Shown here one piece after another: positions 1 through 9,782 of a DNA stretch of 64,000 nt; position 1 is the stretch's first letter; each line of letters begins with the position of its first letter. The notes beneath the pieces are model-generated. The model worked only from the letters and a program-made list of their open reading frames with translations. It searched no databases and was not told where the DNA came from. This DNA is from Candidatus Latescibacterota bacterium (GTDB taxonomy: Bacteria; Latescibacterota; UBA2968), in assembly GCA_965204375.1 (NCBI GenBank), contig OZ241986.1, forward strand, positions 864,001-928,000, in the 5' to 3' direction. A program made the translations under genes and the position numbers.

Positions 1-210
1 CGCCATAGCGACGTTGATTTGCTCATCGTTAAGGCGTGCGTACATCGGCGGAGCCTGGCGAGACAGATACGCCGGAATCTGTATGGTGTGAGGATGGCCG
101 TGGATGTGATTGTGGTCACGCCCGAGGATGTAGAACGTTACAAAGACAGCCACGCACTGATCATCAAGCCCGCTTTACAGGAGGGAAGAGTGATTTATGA
201 GGCCGCCTGA
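1..210 (+). CDS. Minimal nucleotidyltransferase (MNT) domain protein, 5'-partial
   Basis: Frame 1 reads RHSDVDLLIVK...VDVIVVTPED...ALQEGRVIYEAA, the typical MNT DxD motif and C-terminus; runs off the window start. Confidence 0.8.
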   Translation, partial: RHSDVDLLIVKACVHRRSLARQIRRNLYGVRMAVDVIVVTPEDVERYKDSHALIIKPALQEGRVIYEAA

Positions 211-241
211 ACGCTTTCCACTCGAACTGTTTGGCAGATGA
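197..241 (+). pseudogene. 5' stub of a HEPN-type gene overlapping the MNT stop
   Basis: ATG at 197 overlaps the MNT 3' end; MRPPERFP resembles the N-terminus of HEPN partners of such MNTs, then the frame stops after 14 codons. Confidence 0.45.
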
Positions 242-432
242 AGGCATTCTACCTCGCGTGGTCAATTCCGCAGACAGTGTCTGCAGAATCTGAATCCAGC
301 GAAAATCTTCAGACAGCGTCTGAAGAATCTGGTCAATCCCCACAATCACTAATTTGCCAGACACCGTCTGGCAAATTCGATACCACTTCTACGATCAATG
401 AGGTTAAAAAATACAGAATCGCTTTTGGATGA
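217..432 (+). pseudogene. Internal fragment of a YhcG/DUF1016 N-terminal domain gene
   Basis: STRTVWQMKAFYLAW-SIPQTVSAES...QTASEES...QTPSGKF resembles the DUF1016 motif FSxRNLxxMRxFYxxW plus its QTxS linker; CAGACA..GTCTG occurs three times (271, 310, 358); no proper start or C-terminal domain. Confidence 0.6.
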
Positions 433-447
433 GATGGAAGGACAAAG

Positions 448-1563
448 GTGCATAATATGACCAAACGCAAACTGCCCATTGGCATTCAGACCTTCCGCGA
501 GATCCGCGAGGAAAACTGCTACTATGTTGATAAAACTGCCCACATACAGCAACTGATGGACGAGGGCACGCACTACTTTTTATCGCGTCCACGTCGCTTT
601 GGCAAAAGCCTGTTCCTGGACACACTGAAGGAACTGTTTGAGGGCAATGAAGCCCTGTTCGAGGGGCTTCACATCCACGATCATTGGGACTGGTCGGTTC
701 GCTATCCCGTCTTGCGATTCGACTTCAGCAGTGGCAACTATCAGAGGCCGGATGACTTGCGGAAGGAAGTGGCGGTGCAATTGGACGCACTGGAGAACGA
801 AGCAAAGGTCAGCCCGCGCGACGAAAACGCATCAGCTCGCTTGCGCCACTTGATGAAAGTGCTCCACGAGCGCAGTGGTCAGCGCGTTGTGCTACTGGTT
901 GATGAAAATGACAAGCCGATCCTGGACGCGCTGGCGGTGCCCGAAGTCGCCCGGGCCAATCGCGACTTTTTGCACAGCCTGTACGCCACCACTAAAGACT
1001 GCGACGCACACATTCACTTCACCTTCCTCACGGGCGTCAGCCAATTCTCCAAAGCGAGCGTCTTCTCTGGCCTCAACAACTTGACCAACATCACGCTGGA
1101 TACGCGCTACTCGGCTATCTGTGGCTATACCGATGCGGATCTGGACACGGTGTTCGCACCCGAGCTTCCGGGTCTGGATCGGGATGAAATCCGCAACTGG
1201 TATAACGGCTATAGCTGGCGGGGCGATGAGAAGATCTATAACCCCTTCGATATTCTCGCGCTCTTCAACAGCCGCGAGTTCGGAGCCTGCGGGTTCAAGA
1301 CCGGCACACCGACCTTTCTTATCGAAATATTACTGGACCGGGGCGTAAGTTCAATAGCTTTGGACAATATGCTGGGTACCAATGCACTCTTATCTACTAT
1401 TGACCTTGACCACATCGCCACCGAAGCCCTCTTGTTTCAGACTGGCTATCTCACCATCACAGAAACAGAAAACCTCGGCGGCGAGTTATTCTATCGCCTA
1501 GGCTATCCGAACAGGGAAGTTCGGCAGAGCCTCAACGAGAGCCTGCTGAATCACCTGAGGTGA
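448..1563 (+). pseudogene. AAA-ATPase-like (PF09820-type) protein, truncated before the C-terminal PD-(D/E)XK domain
   Basis: KLPIGIQTF, YYVDKT, SRPRRFGKS Walker A, YNGY, YNPF, LFQTGYLTI, YPNREV; stops at 371 aa; usual DEYD and YWFETGTP appear as DEND and CGFKTGTP. Confidence 0.75.
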
Positions 1564-1624
1564 CGGGGGGGTGGGGGTAATGGACTACGCGAGATAAATA
1601 AAATAAAATCTGGAGGCAAACCCC

Positions 1625-2800
1625 ATGACACATACACTTGATTCTTACGGCGGCACAACCCAATTGAAGGGAAAAAGCACTGGCTGGTTCCATCTCGAGG
1701 AACTGGACGGGCGCAGATGGTTCATCACACCCGAGGGCAATGCCTTTTTCCCTGTGTCGCTGGCTCATATCTACACCGGCAACAGTCAGCCGACCGTGCA
1801 AAAGCTTTACGACGGCGACAAGGATGCGTGGATTGAAAAGTGGTTCGATCAGATGCGAGCACTCGGGTTTAACTGCGCCCTCGCAGGCGCGACGAGCCAG
1901 TGTCGGGACCCCAGGGGCTATGTGGATGTCGAGAAGGTGGAGGCGCTGTTTCGCCGCGAATCTTTCCCGTACGCTGCCGGACTCTTCCTGATTCCTCACC
2001 CCAACGAACTGCCGGAAGGTCAGGAACGCCCGGATATATTCGCCCCCGCTTACCAGGAGTGGGTAGAAGCGTTGGTAGCCGATGTTTGCTCGCGATACGC
2101 CGATGATCCATTGATGATGGGATACTACTATGGTTTCGGCACCTTTATCAGACCAGAGAACTGGATCGCTTCAATACCGTCGCTCGACAGCGAAGCACCA
2201 GAGCAGGAGAATATCCGCAAAATGGCGGTTCACATGTACCGTATGGTCCACGATGCGATACGTCGGCATGATCCCAACCACCTGATCCTCGGACCTTATG
2301 TCAAGGAGCAGTCCTTTGACCTGAAAACGTGGGAGGCTTTGACGCCTTATGTTGACATGCTTTCGCCCCAGCACTTCAACCGCGACATTAGTTTTGCCGA
2401 ACAGAGTGCAGCAACGGGCAGGTCTGTGCTGGTCTCTGACGAGGAGTCAGGCCATATTTTCGAAGCTTCACGCCAGAATCCGCGCAGTGTGACGTCCGAG
2501 CACAAAGGCCGCATCTACGGCTTGCTGCTCAACCGCCACTTGCGCGACTCGAACGTGTGCGGCGTCAATTTTTGCGCGACTCTGTACGATCTTGATGACG
2601 GTCCGCTGATGAAAATGTCCGGCATGACGGAAGGCCTGTACGACTGGGATGGTAACCCAAAGCCCGGTCTCGTGGATGCCGTGAGGGAGGCCAACAAGGA
2701 AATCTATGAACGCGCAACAGATCCATATCGTTCTGAACTCGCCGAATTGGATGAAGAGCTGTGTCGCGTCAGAGATGAGGTCCACAAACACATTCGTTAG
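1625..2800 (+). CDS. Agarase/GH50-like TIM-barrel glycoside hydrolase
   Basis: GWFHLEELDGRRWFITPEGNAFF N-terminus, PDIF.P.Y, DDPLMMGYY, AIRRHDPNHLILG; RBS GGAGG. Confidence 0.6.
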   Translation: MTHTLDSYGGTTQLKGKSTGWFHLEELDGRRWFITPEGNAFFPVSLAHIYTGNSQPTVQKLYDGDKDAWIEKWFDQMRALGFNCALAGATSQCRDPRGYVDVEKVEALFRRESFPYAAGLFLIPHPNELPEGQERPDIFAPAYQEWVEALVADVCSRYADDPLMMGYYYGFGTFIRPENWIASIPSLDSEAPEQENIRKMAVHMYRMVHDAIRRHDPNHLILGPYVKEQSFDLKTWEALTPYVDMLSPQHFNRDISFAEQSAATGRSVLVSDEESGHIFEASRQNPRSVTSEHKGRIYGLLLNRHLRDSNVCGVNFCATLYDLDDGPLMKMSGMTEGLYDWDGNPKPGLVDAVREANKEIYERATDPYRSELAELDEELCRVRDEVHKHIR

Positions 2801-2844
2801 ATGGGAAAGCTGTTCAGGGACACGACACTGGAGGAGCACAGGTT

Positions 2845-3630
2845 ATGGGACAAGCATTGACGGAGCGTGAGATCGAATCCATCGTCCGGGAGGTCACAGA
2901 CGAAGAAGTGGCTTTTTACCACGAATACGGATGGGTCATGATGAAGCAACTCGTGGACTCGGAGTTCGCAACGGAACTCCTGCGCGTTGGTCAGGAGTGG
3001 TTGAAACGCAATAGCGCCCCCAGACGGGCCGTCGGCCTGGCGCGGCGAGAAGAGACCGAGCCGTTCCGCTCGTTCATGTTCAGCGAGCGCATGTCAAAGA
3101 ACGCAACGCGACTCGTGAACAGGAAGCGGCTCAAGGGCGTAGATATCCCACTTCGCTATCGGATCGACATCCTCCAACACAAGCCCCCGGGGGCAGCCGG
3201 AGCCACTTATCATCAGGACTCGTCAGAGCACGGATCTGATCGCGTGGGCGAGCTTCAGTTCTGGCTTGCACTGGTGGAAGTGCCACCAGAGATGAGTGCC
3301 ATGCGATTTGTCAGTCGCTCACATCGCGAAGGACCGCTTGGCTCGGTATTCAAGGATGACCGGGGCAACCTGCTCGAGCAGTACCCAAATCTGACGTCTG
3401 TGCTGGAGCTTTCTCCGCCGCTCCATTACCAGCCGGGTGACTGCACTGTGCATCACGGATACACAGTCCATGGCGGTCCACCCAACAGCACCGAGAAGTC
3501 GCGCTGGTCATACCTCTTCTCATACTCCCCTTCTGACACGCGATACTGGAACGGCACCGCAGCCAACTGGGGCAGCGAGCGGAAGCGTTTGAGTGACCCG
3601 GTCAATCCAACGGTCCATTTTTCCGAATAA
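2845..3630 (+). CDS. Phytanoyl-CoA dioxygenase (PhyH) family Fe(II)/2OG dioxygenase
   Basis: FYHEYGW, HQD, WLAL..V, MRFV..SH, PGDCTVHHGYTVHG, R; RBS GGAGG. Confidence 0.85.
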   Translation: MGQALTEREIESIVREVTDEEVAFYHEYGWVMMKQLVDSEFATELLRVGQEWLKRNSAPRRAVGLARREETEPFRSFMFSERMSKNATRLVNRKRLKGVDIPLRYRIDILQHKPPGAAGATYHQDSSEHGSDRVGELQFWLALVEVPPEMSAMRFVSRSHREGPLGSVFKDDRGNLLEQYPNLTSVLELSPPLHYQPGDCTVHHGYTVHGGPPNSTEKSRWSYLFSYSPSDTRYWNGTAANWGSERKRLSDPVNPTVHFSE

Positions 3631-3647
3631 GATTTCAGGGGATTGAA

Positions 3648-4385
3648 ATGATTTCTGTACAACAATGGGACTTTTTTCAAGAACACGGTTATCTGATCGT
3701 TGAAAATGTGCTCTCTGTGCAACGATTGGCAGCGTTGCGAGAGGCCCTGGAAAAGAGATATGACCTGGAGGGCGAAAAGGCAGGGACAGAAGGATCGACC
3801 CCTCCGGGCGTTCGCAGGTTGTGCAATCTCATTGGTAAAGGCCGCGTCTTTGAAGAGCTGGCAATCGAGCCGATTGCATTAGAAATGGCCAGGCTGGTGA
3901 TTGGAGAGGATATGCGCTGGCAGGCCATGAATTTTCACGATCCCATGCCCGGTGATCCGCGTCCTATCCAGGCAATTCATGCCGATCGTTCGTTCTTTAA
4001 GAATTGTACTGCATACCTCAATGTGGTGTGGGCACTTGATGATATGACAGAAGAAAACGGTGCGACTCGCCTTGTGCCGGGATCGCATAAAAAACCCTGG
4101 CCCCGAGATGTTCTGGACGATCTCAAAGAGGCAGTTGCTGGAGAAATCTACGCGACCTGTACGGCTGGAACTGGCATTTTTTGTCACGGTGATATCTGGC
4201 ATGGCGCACGTGCAAACCTTTCAAAATCGCCCAGGCGTGTGATCCATATGGGATACAGTTGTACAAACACTGCGCCTCAATATGAAATTGCAGGCTCTTT
4301 GACGCAGGATATTCGCGAGCGGTTGGGCGAGCATTGCGCGCTCATTCCAGATCCCCTATCGTCATTTGATTTGGAGAAACCTTAG
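3648..4385 (+). CDS. PhyH family dioxygenase
   Basis: FFQEHGYLIVENV, HAD, WALDDMTEENGATRLVPGSH, IWHG..N.S...R. Confidence 0.9.
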   Translation: MISVQQWDFFQEHGYLIVENVLSVQRLAALREALEKRYDLEGEKAGTEGSTPPGVRRLCNLIGKGRVFEELAIEPIALEMARLVIGEDMRWQAMNFHDPMPGDPRPIQAIHADRSFFKNCTAYLNVVWALDDMTEENGATRLVPGSHKKPWPRDVLDDLKEAVAGEIYATCTAGTGIFCHGDIWHGARANLSKSPRRVIHMGYSCTNTAPQYEIAGSLTQDIRERLGEHCALIPDPLSSFDLEKP

Positions 4386-4390
4386 ATCTT

Positions 4391-5824
4391 ATGGCCAATC
4401 AAAAACCATTGAATTTTATATTTTTTCAACCAGACGAAATGCGAGCCGAGAGTTTGGCGTGTTATGGCCATCCAGTGATCAAAACCCCAAATTACGATCG
4501 CCTGGCGGCAGAAGGGGTTCGCTTTGACCAGTGCCATGTGCAAAATGCGCAATGTACGCCTTCCAGAGTTTCGATGATGACGGGGCTTTATCCCCATTGT
4601 GCGGGGCATCGCTCCATGTGGCATCTGATAAGGCCCCACGAACCCCATCTTTTTAAATATCTGTATGAAGCTGGCTACGATATTCACTGGTATGGAAAAA
4701 ATGATTTACTCGCGCGAGATAGTTTGTCCTGCATAAAAGAATATTACGAACACAAAGATGATAAAAGGAAGAATCGCTGGCAAAGCGGCGACAAGGAATT
4801 CTATAGTTTTGATTTTGAGCCTTTGAATTGCGAAAGGGAAGAGGTCGCTGATTATGTGAAAGTCAAATCGGGGATCGATTTTCTGAACAATCGCAGAGAT
4901 GATGACAATCCCTTCTTTTTGTTTTTGCCGCTTCTACAACCCCATCCAGGCTATACCACCCACCGCGATTTTTATGACATGTATGATCCCGGGGATATAC
5001 CGGATTTGAGACCCGCAGAGCTGGACAAAAAACCGGATTTTTACGCGCTCATCAGAAAGTACCGCCGTTTAGATGAATTGTCGGAGGATTTCTTTCGGAA
5101 ATTGAATGCTGTTTATCTCGGTATGATTAGCTATACGGACTGGCTTCTCGGAGAGCTGATGACCGTTATGGAGGAGAAGGGGCTTTTTGACAATACGGTT
5201 CTCATCGTTTCGTCTGATCACGGTGACTGGGCAGGGGACTATGGACTGGTTGAAAAATGGCCAAGTGATTACAGTGATGCGCTGACACGGGTGCCGCTAT
5301 TGGTAAAGGTGCCAGGTAACAAAGCAGGTCATGTGGTGGAAGGTCCGGTTGAGATGTTCGATCTCATGCCATCTGTTATGGAACTGGCCGGTCTTTCCCC
5401 AAAACACACCCATTTCGCCAGGTCCTTTGTGCCTCAACTCCGGGGTGAAGCGGAAGATAAGGATCGATTGGTATTTGCAGAAGGGGGCTATGAGACACAA
5501 GAACCCCATGCGTTTGAAGGACGATGGGACTGGCGTAAGCCCAACAAGGATGGTATCTATTTTCCCAAGGGCAAACTGCAACAAGAAGTGCCCGAAAGTG
5601 TTTGCCGCACGACGATGATCAGGAGTTTGAATCACAAGCTCATTCGACGCACAGCCGGTCAGGATGAATTATACGATCTCAAAAATGATCCCCAGGAGTT
5701 AAAGAATTTAATCGATGACCCGGGTATGCAAGAGACAAAGTTAGATCTGGAAAGGTCTATGTTGGATTGGTTTATGAGAACTTCTGATACTGTTCCCGTA
5801 GGGGGAGATCCAAGGGGATTTTGA
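4391..5824 (+). CDS. Sulfatase (formylglycine-dependent, Cys-type)
   Basis: NFIFFQPDEMR, CTPSRVSMMTG, SSDHG, ELYDLKNDPQE. Confidence 0.9.
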   Translation: MANQKPLNFIFFQPDEMRAESLACYGHPVIKTPNYDRLAAEGVRFDQCHVQNAQCTPSRVSMMTGLYPHCAGHRSMWHLIRPHEPHLFKYLYEAGYDIHWYGKNDLLARDSLSCIKEYYEHKDDKRKNRWQSGDKEFYSFDFEPLNCEREEVADYVKVKSGIDFLNNRRDDDNPFFLFLPLLQPHPGYTTHRDFYDMYDPGDIPDLRPAELDKKPDFYALIRKYRRLDELSEDFFRKLNAVYLGMISYTDWLLGELMTVMEEKGLFDNTVLIVSSDHGDWAGDYGLVEKWPSDYSDALTRVPLLVKVPGNKAGHVVEGPVEMFDLMPSVMELAGLSPKHTHFARSFVPQLRGEAEDKDRLVFAEGGYETQEPHAFEGRWDWRKPNKDGIYFPKGKLQQEVPESVCRTTMIRSLNHKLIRRTAGQDELYDLKNDPQELKNLIDDPGMQETKLDLERSMLDWFMRTSDTVPVGGDPRGF

Positions 5825-5853
5825 GGGAACACAACACTGGAGGAGCACAGGTT

Positions 5854-6666
5854 ATGGGACAGGCATTGACGGAGCGTGAAATCAAAGCCGTCGTTCGGGA
5901 GGTCACAGACGAAGAAGTGGCTTTCTACCAGGAATACGGGTGGGTCATGATGAAGCAGCTCGTAGATCCGGAGTTTGTCACGGAGCTTCTAACTGTCGGC
6001 CAGGGGTGGCTGGAACGCTATGGCGCAGACAAGGACCGCAGACGGGCTGTCGGCCTGGTACTGCAGGAAGAGGCTGAGCCATTCCGCTCGTTCATGTTCA
6101 GCGAACGCATGTCAAAAAACGCGATGCGACTCGTGAACAGGAAGCGGCTCAAGGGCGTAGATATCCCACTTCGCTATCGCGCTGACGTCTTCAGAGAAAA
6201 GCCCCCAGGGGCAGCCAGAACCCATTATCATCAGGACTCGTCACAGCACGGCTCTGATCGCGTGGGCGAGCTCCAGTTCTGGCTTGCGCTGGTGGAAGTG
6301 ACACCGGAGATGAGCGCGATGCGATTTGTCAGTCGCTCGCATCGCGAAGGACCGCTTGGCTCGGTAGGCGGCGATGGCAAGGGCGATCTGCTTGAGCAAT
6401 TTCCAAATCTGACGTCTGTGCTGGAGCTTTCTCCGCCGTTCCATTACCAGCCTGGTGATTGCACAGTGCATCACGGGTACACGGTCCATGGCGCTCCGGT
6501 CAATAGCACCGACAAGTCGCGCTGGTCATATCTCTTCTCATACTCGCCTTCCGACACCCGATACTGGAATGGCACAGCAGACAACTGGGGCAACGAGCGA
6601 AAGCATCTGAGTGACGCGGACAATCCAACGGTCTATTTTCCCGAACCAGAAAGAGGTCAGTTATGA
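5854..6666 (+). CDS. PhyH family dioxygenase, close paralog of 2845..3630
   Basis: Highly similar protein and the same 20-nt leader ACACTGGAGGAGCACAGGTT; start moved to ATG 5854. Confidence 0.85.
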   Translation: MGQALTEREIKAVVREVTDEEVAFYQEYGWVMMKQLVDPEFVTELLTVGQGWLERYGADKDRRRAVGLVLQEEAEPFRSFMFSERMSKNAMRLVNRKRLKGVDIPLRYRADVFREKPPGAARTHYHQDSSQHGSDRVGELQFWLALVEVTPEMSAMRFVSRSHREGPLGSVGGDGKGDLLEQFPNLTSVLELSPPFHYQPGDCTVHHGYTVHGAPVNSTDKSRWSYLFSYSPSDTRYWNGTADNWGNERKHLSDADNPTVYFPEPERGQL

Positions 6667-7796
6667 AACACAACGATCCTGTCGAACTCACCCTTGAGCA
6701 AAAACGCGCTTTCTATCGGGATGGATTCATTATTCTCAAAAACATCGTGCCCAAAGAGCTGACCCACCGTGCTCGACGACTGGTCAATATCACCGCAGGT
6801 CAAATTGTGAATGGTACGATGGACGCACCCAAAAGAAGAAATCGCTTCGTCGGCAGCGAAGACATCATCACAGATCTCATCAACAAAACGGCGCTAACCG
6901 AATTGCTCACCAATACCATGGGGCCATTTGATCCTCCGACAAACGGCTTTGCGCCGATTCTGTATCCGCGCGAACCAACCAGAGAAATCGGCATCCACGG
7001 TCTGCCCGATGATGAAGTGCCCAATCATGCATTTTTTCCGCATCTGGACGGCCAGTGGACAGGCCCCATTCCCAAAACAGCGGACGAAGTGGATGATTGG
7101 TACGCGCCCAAAACACCGCACTTTGGTGATCGCAGTGCCAGCGTGATCGGGATAAACGGTTCGCCTTTGTTTCAGGACCCGGATTGTATGCTCTCCATCG
7201 GCAGCTTTACCACATTCGTCGGCGTGATCCTGAGCGACCAATCCAAATTTGGCTACGGCAACTTTGCCGTTCTCCGCGGTGCCCATCATCACACAGCTGA
7301 ATTCTTTCGACGACAACGCGCCCAGGGCGGCGTCATCGGTCCCGAAGGTCCTGATTGGCCGCGTTTAAAACGCGTTGGCGATAAGGGTGTGGGCATTAAT
7401 TACATGCCGGAATGGATCGCTAATCACTATCGAGAAAGCGCGCAATACACGCCCGATGGTCTCATGTGGCCGGAGCCTACACCCTTGCTCGTTGAAGAGG
7501 GTGATGCGTTTATTACGGCTCACGGCATCCCACATTGTGGCACCCGCAATGACCTGGGTGCAGATCCTCGCATCAGTGCCTACTTTCGGCTGCGCCGCCA
7601 TCGTCCGGGAGGTGCAAAAGTGCGAGGAGACAGCGATCACCCCGACCGCGGTTGGGAAGGCGAATTTCTCGAATATCCCGATGGTTATAATCCCTGGCAG
7701 GTCGCAATCGATAAATTGTGCGATCCCTGGAGTGAATGGGACGGCATGCGGGAAGTCGTTGCCGAGGCAAGGGGTTTGGGAGATCAAAATAACTAA
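6663..7796 (+). CDS. PhyH-like dioxygenase (long form)
   Basis: AFYRDGFIILKNIVP, HLDG, GNFAVLRGAH, GDA...H..PH, R...YFR; ATGA overlap with upstream gene. Confidence 0.7.
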   Translation: MKHNDPVELTLEQKRAFYRDGFIILKNIVPKELTHRARRLVNITAGQIVNGTMDAPKRRNRFVGSEDIITDLINKTALTELLTNTMGPFDPPTNGFAPILYPREPTREIGIHGLPDDEVPNHAFFPHLDGQWTGPIPKTADEVDDWYAPKTPHFGDRSASVIGINGSPLFQDPDCMLSIGSFTTFVGVILSDQSKFGYGNFAVLRGAHHHTAEFFRRQRAQGGVIGPEGPDWPRLKRVGDKGVGINYMPEWIANHYRESAQYTPDGLMWPEPTPLLVEEGDAFITAHGIPHCGTRNDLGADPRISAYFRLRRHRPGGAKVRGDSDHPDRGWEGEFLEYPDGYNPWQVAIDKLCDPWSEWDGMREVVAEARGLGDQNN

Positions 7797-7818
7797 CTGT
7801 GCGACAAAGGAGTGCCAC

Positions 7819-9003
7819 ATGCCCTCAACTCAGAAATTTGAAGAGCGCGTCGTTCGCGTGGAGAAACCTTCCGCCCACTTTACGCTGTTGAGAAACGAAA
7901 AGGGTGATTTTTTAGGCACATCGGAAGGCGAGACAGCCGTCTTCGACCACGCTGACGACAAAGCGATCTGGAAAGAAGAAGGCGATACCTATCGCCACGT
8001 AGTGTCGGGCCTGACTCTCGATGTGTCTGCCGCGAATGACGAAGGCGTGCATCTCGCCCTGAATGGGAATTCACTGGGCGAAGACGGCTTCGAATCATCC
8101 GTGCCGGGGCGTTTCCAGCCGGGTCACGGCCCTGCCCATCTTCCGTCCGAATACCTTCAGCAAATCCGCGAGAACGGGTGGGTCTGCCTTCCGAGCATCT
8201 TGTCTCCCCAAGCGATTGAAGAACTGCAAAGGGTGAGTTGTACCGGCAAGTGGGATCATGAAGAATTAGACAAAAGCCTGCCGACCCTCACGCAGTCTGT
8301 GGAAGTGTCGAGAGCCGCAACCGAGCCAGTATCCCTCTGGGTGATGCGGGAGTATATGCAGTGTCGGGAAATTCGGCTGGCGCACAGGCCCGGTTTTGCC
8401 GTCGTGGCCCCGGATGACGGTGAACGCAAAGTGGGGGGGTGGCATTCGGATTATCCCTACCTCTGGGGGATCGCCAGGAATTCCTCCGATGGCAATCGGA
8501 TCGTACCGCACAATGCGCTAAATCTCGTTCTTGGCGTTCAGCGAAATTTATGTGTGACCGAATTTAAGAGTGAAAACGGCGCAACCTGTTTCAAACTCGG
8601 ATCGCATACGTTTGGGCAAGGACCTCCTCCAGGATGGGGGAGTGGGAATACGTACAGGGAGGAGGGATCTCGCCAGGCAAAGGGCCTCCCCTATACAGGC
8701 TCCGAGGCAGATGTCGTCGAGGCACCGGCGGGCAGCTACGTCATCTATGATGCCCGAACCTGGCATCGAGCAGGTGTGAACCGCACGGACAAAAAACGGG
8801 CGGCGATGCTTCAGTCCGTGGTTCCCATGTACATCATGCCTTTTATGGAGACCGCTCGTCCCTACAAGGAGTTCCTTGCGAGTCCTCTCGCGAGTCAACT
8901 GACGGAGCGGGAGCATATCGAGCTGGAAAGTCTCCTCGTAAGCCGAATCGATGGGCCTCAGGGGCGTTTTGCAATCACTATGGATGAGGAACTTTCAAGA
9001 TGA
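7819..9003 (+). CDS. PhyH family dioxygenase with extra N-terminal beta-rich domain
   Basis: RBS AAGGAG before ATG 7819; ENGWVCLP, WHSD, NGAT..LGSH, APAGS..IYDARTWHRAGVN.T...R. Confidence 0.8.
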   Translation: MPSTQKFEERVVRVEKPSAHFTLLRNEKGDFLGTSEGETAVFDHADDKAIWKEEGDTYRHVVSGLTLDVSAANDEGVHLALNGNSLGEDGFESSVPGRFQPGHGPAHLPSEYLQQIRENGWVCLPSILSPQAIEELQRVSCTGKWDHEELDKSLPTLTQSVEVSRAATEPVSLWVMREYMQCREIRLAHRPGFAVVAPDDGERKVGGWHSDYPYLWGIARNSSDGNRIVPHNALNLVLGVQRNLCVTEFKSENGATCFKLGSHTFGQGPPPGWGSGNTYREEGSRQAKGLPYTGSEADVVEAPAGSYVIYDARTWHRAGVNRTDKKRAAMLQSVVPMYIMPFMETARPYKEFLASPLASQLTEREHIELESLLVSRIDGPQGRFAITMDEELSR

Positions 9004-9761
9004 ACGAATACAAGACGCACTTTGATACCCCGGAAGATGCTTACTTTGGCTTTTTTGAAGCCGACGCATCCCAAAATGGAGATGCCTGGGCTGCTGTGAT
9101 GAGCTATCCCCATGTCCGCGTTGACGGATCGGGACAGACCGTCTATTACGATACGGCACGGGACTACGCGGATAATGCCGACTGGACATCGAGGGTAGCG
9201 ACGGGTTGGGTCCTGACGAGGGGGCGAGACCCCGTCCGGATGCACGAATCTCCCAACAAGGTTCATCTGGTGGGTGGGTGGACGCGATACAATGCAGACG
9301 ATGATCCCATCCTGTGGAACCGCGTCACTTATATTGTCACCAAACCTGCTGATTCGTGGGGGATCCAGGCGCGGTTTGCTCTTGGTACTTATTACGACGG
9401 AAGTGACGACGAAACAGCTATCGCTCAGGCTGCCGAGACAGCAACCAATCAGGTGCGACGCTATTGCGATGCACTGGACAAAAACGATGGCGATGCTTGC
9501 GCCAGACTCTGTCGTTTTCCACTGATTGAGGTCGGCGTTGGCGCAGTAACGCGGATAGAAGATGGCACCGAATTGGCGCAACAGGTCAACGAAAGAACCA
9601 CATCGGTCAGCAATCTAAAAGTCGAGGTAGCACAATCCGGTCCCGAGGGTGTCCTTGTGGCAGTGACTGCTGACGATGCCTCTGGCAACAGCGAGGAATC
9701 TATCGTGGTGGTCGGCAAAGAGGCCGACGCATGGCAGATCGCTGGCATTTCGAGGATCTGA
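9000..9761 (+). CDS. Tandem NTF2/SnoaL-like domain protein
   Basis: Two repeats of a YF..F...D.DA.A..(Y/F)P...WxI pattern; ATGA overlap. Confidence 0.5.
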   Translation: MNEYKTHFDTPEDAYFGFFEADASQNGDAWAAVMSYPHVRVDGSGQTVYYDTARDYADNADWTSRVATGWVLTRGRDPVRMHESPNKVHLVGGWTRYNADDDPILWNRVTYIVTKPADSWGIQARFALGTYYDGSDDETAIAQAAETATNQVRRYCDALDKNDGDACARLCRFPLIEVGVGAVTRIEDGTELAQQVNERTTSVSNLKVEVAQSGPEGVLVAVTADDASGNSEESIVVVGKEADAWQIAGISRI

Positions 9762-9782
9762 CACTATAGAAGGAGGAATATC

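Noticed and set aside
1565-1577. G-run as G-quadruplex or phase-variation tract
   Set aside because: Only two G tracts, outside any intact gene; better explained as a coding remnant.
7375-7818. 148-aa N-terminal extension of ORF 7375..9003
   Set aside because: Overlaps the upstream gene out of frame; a strong RBS precedes ATG 7819.
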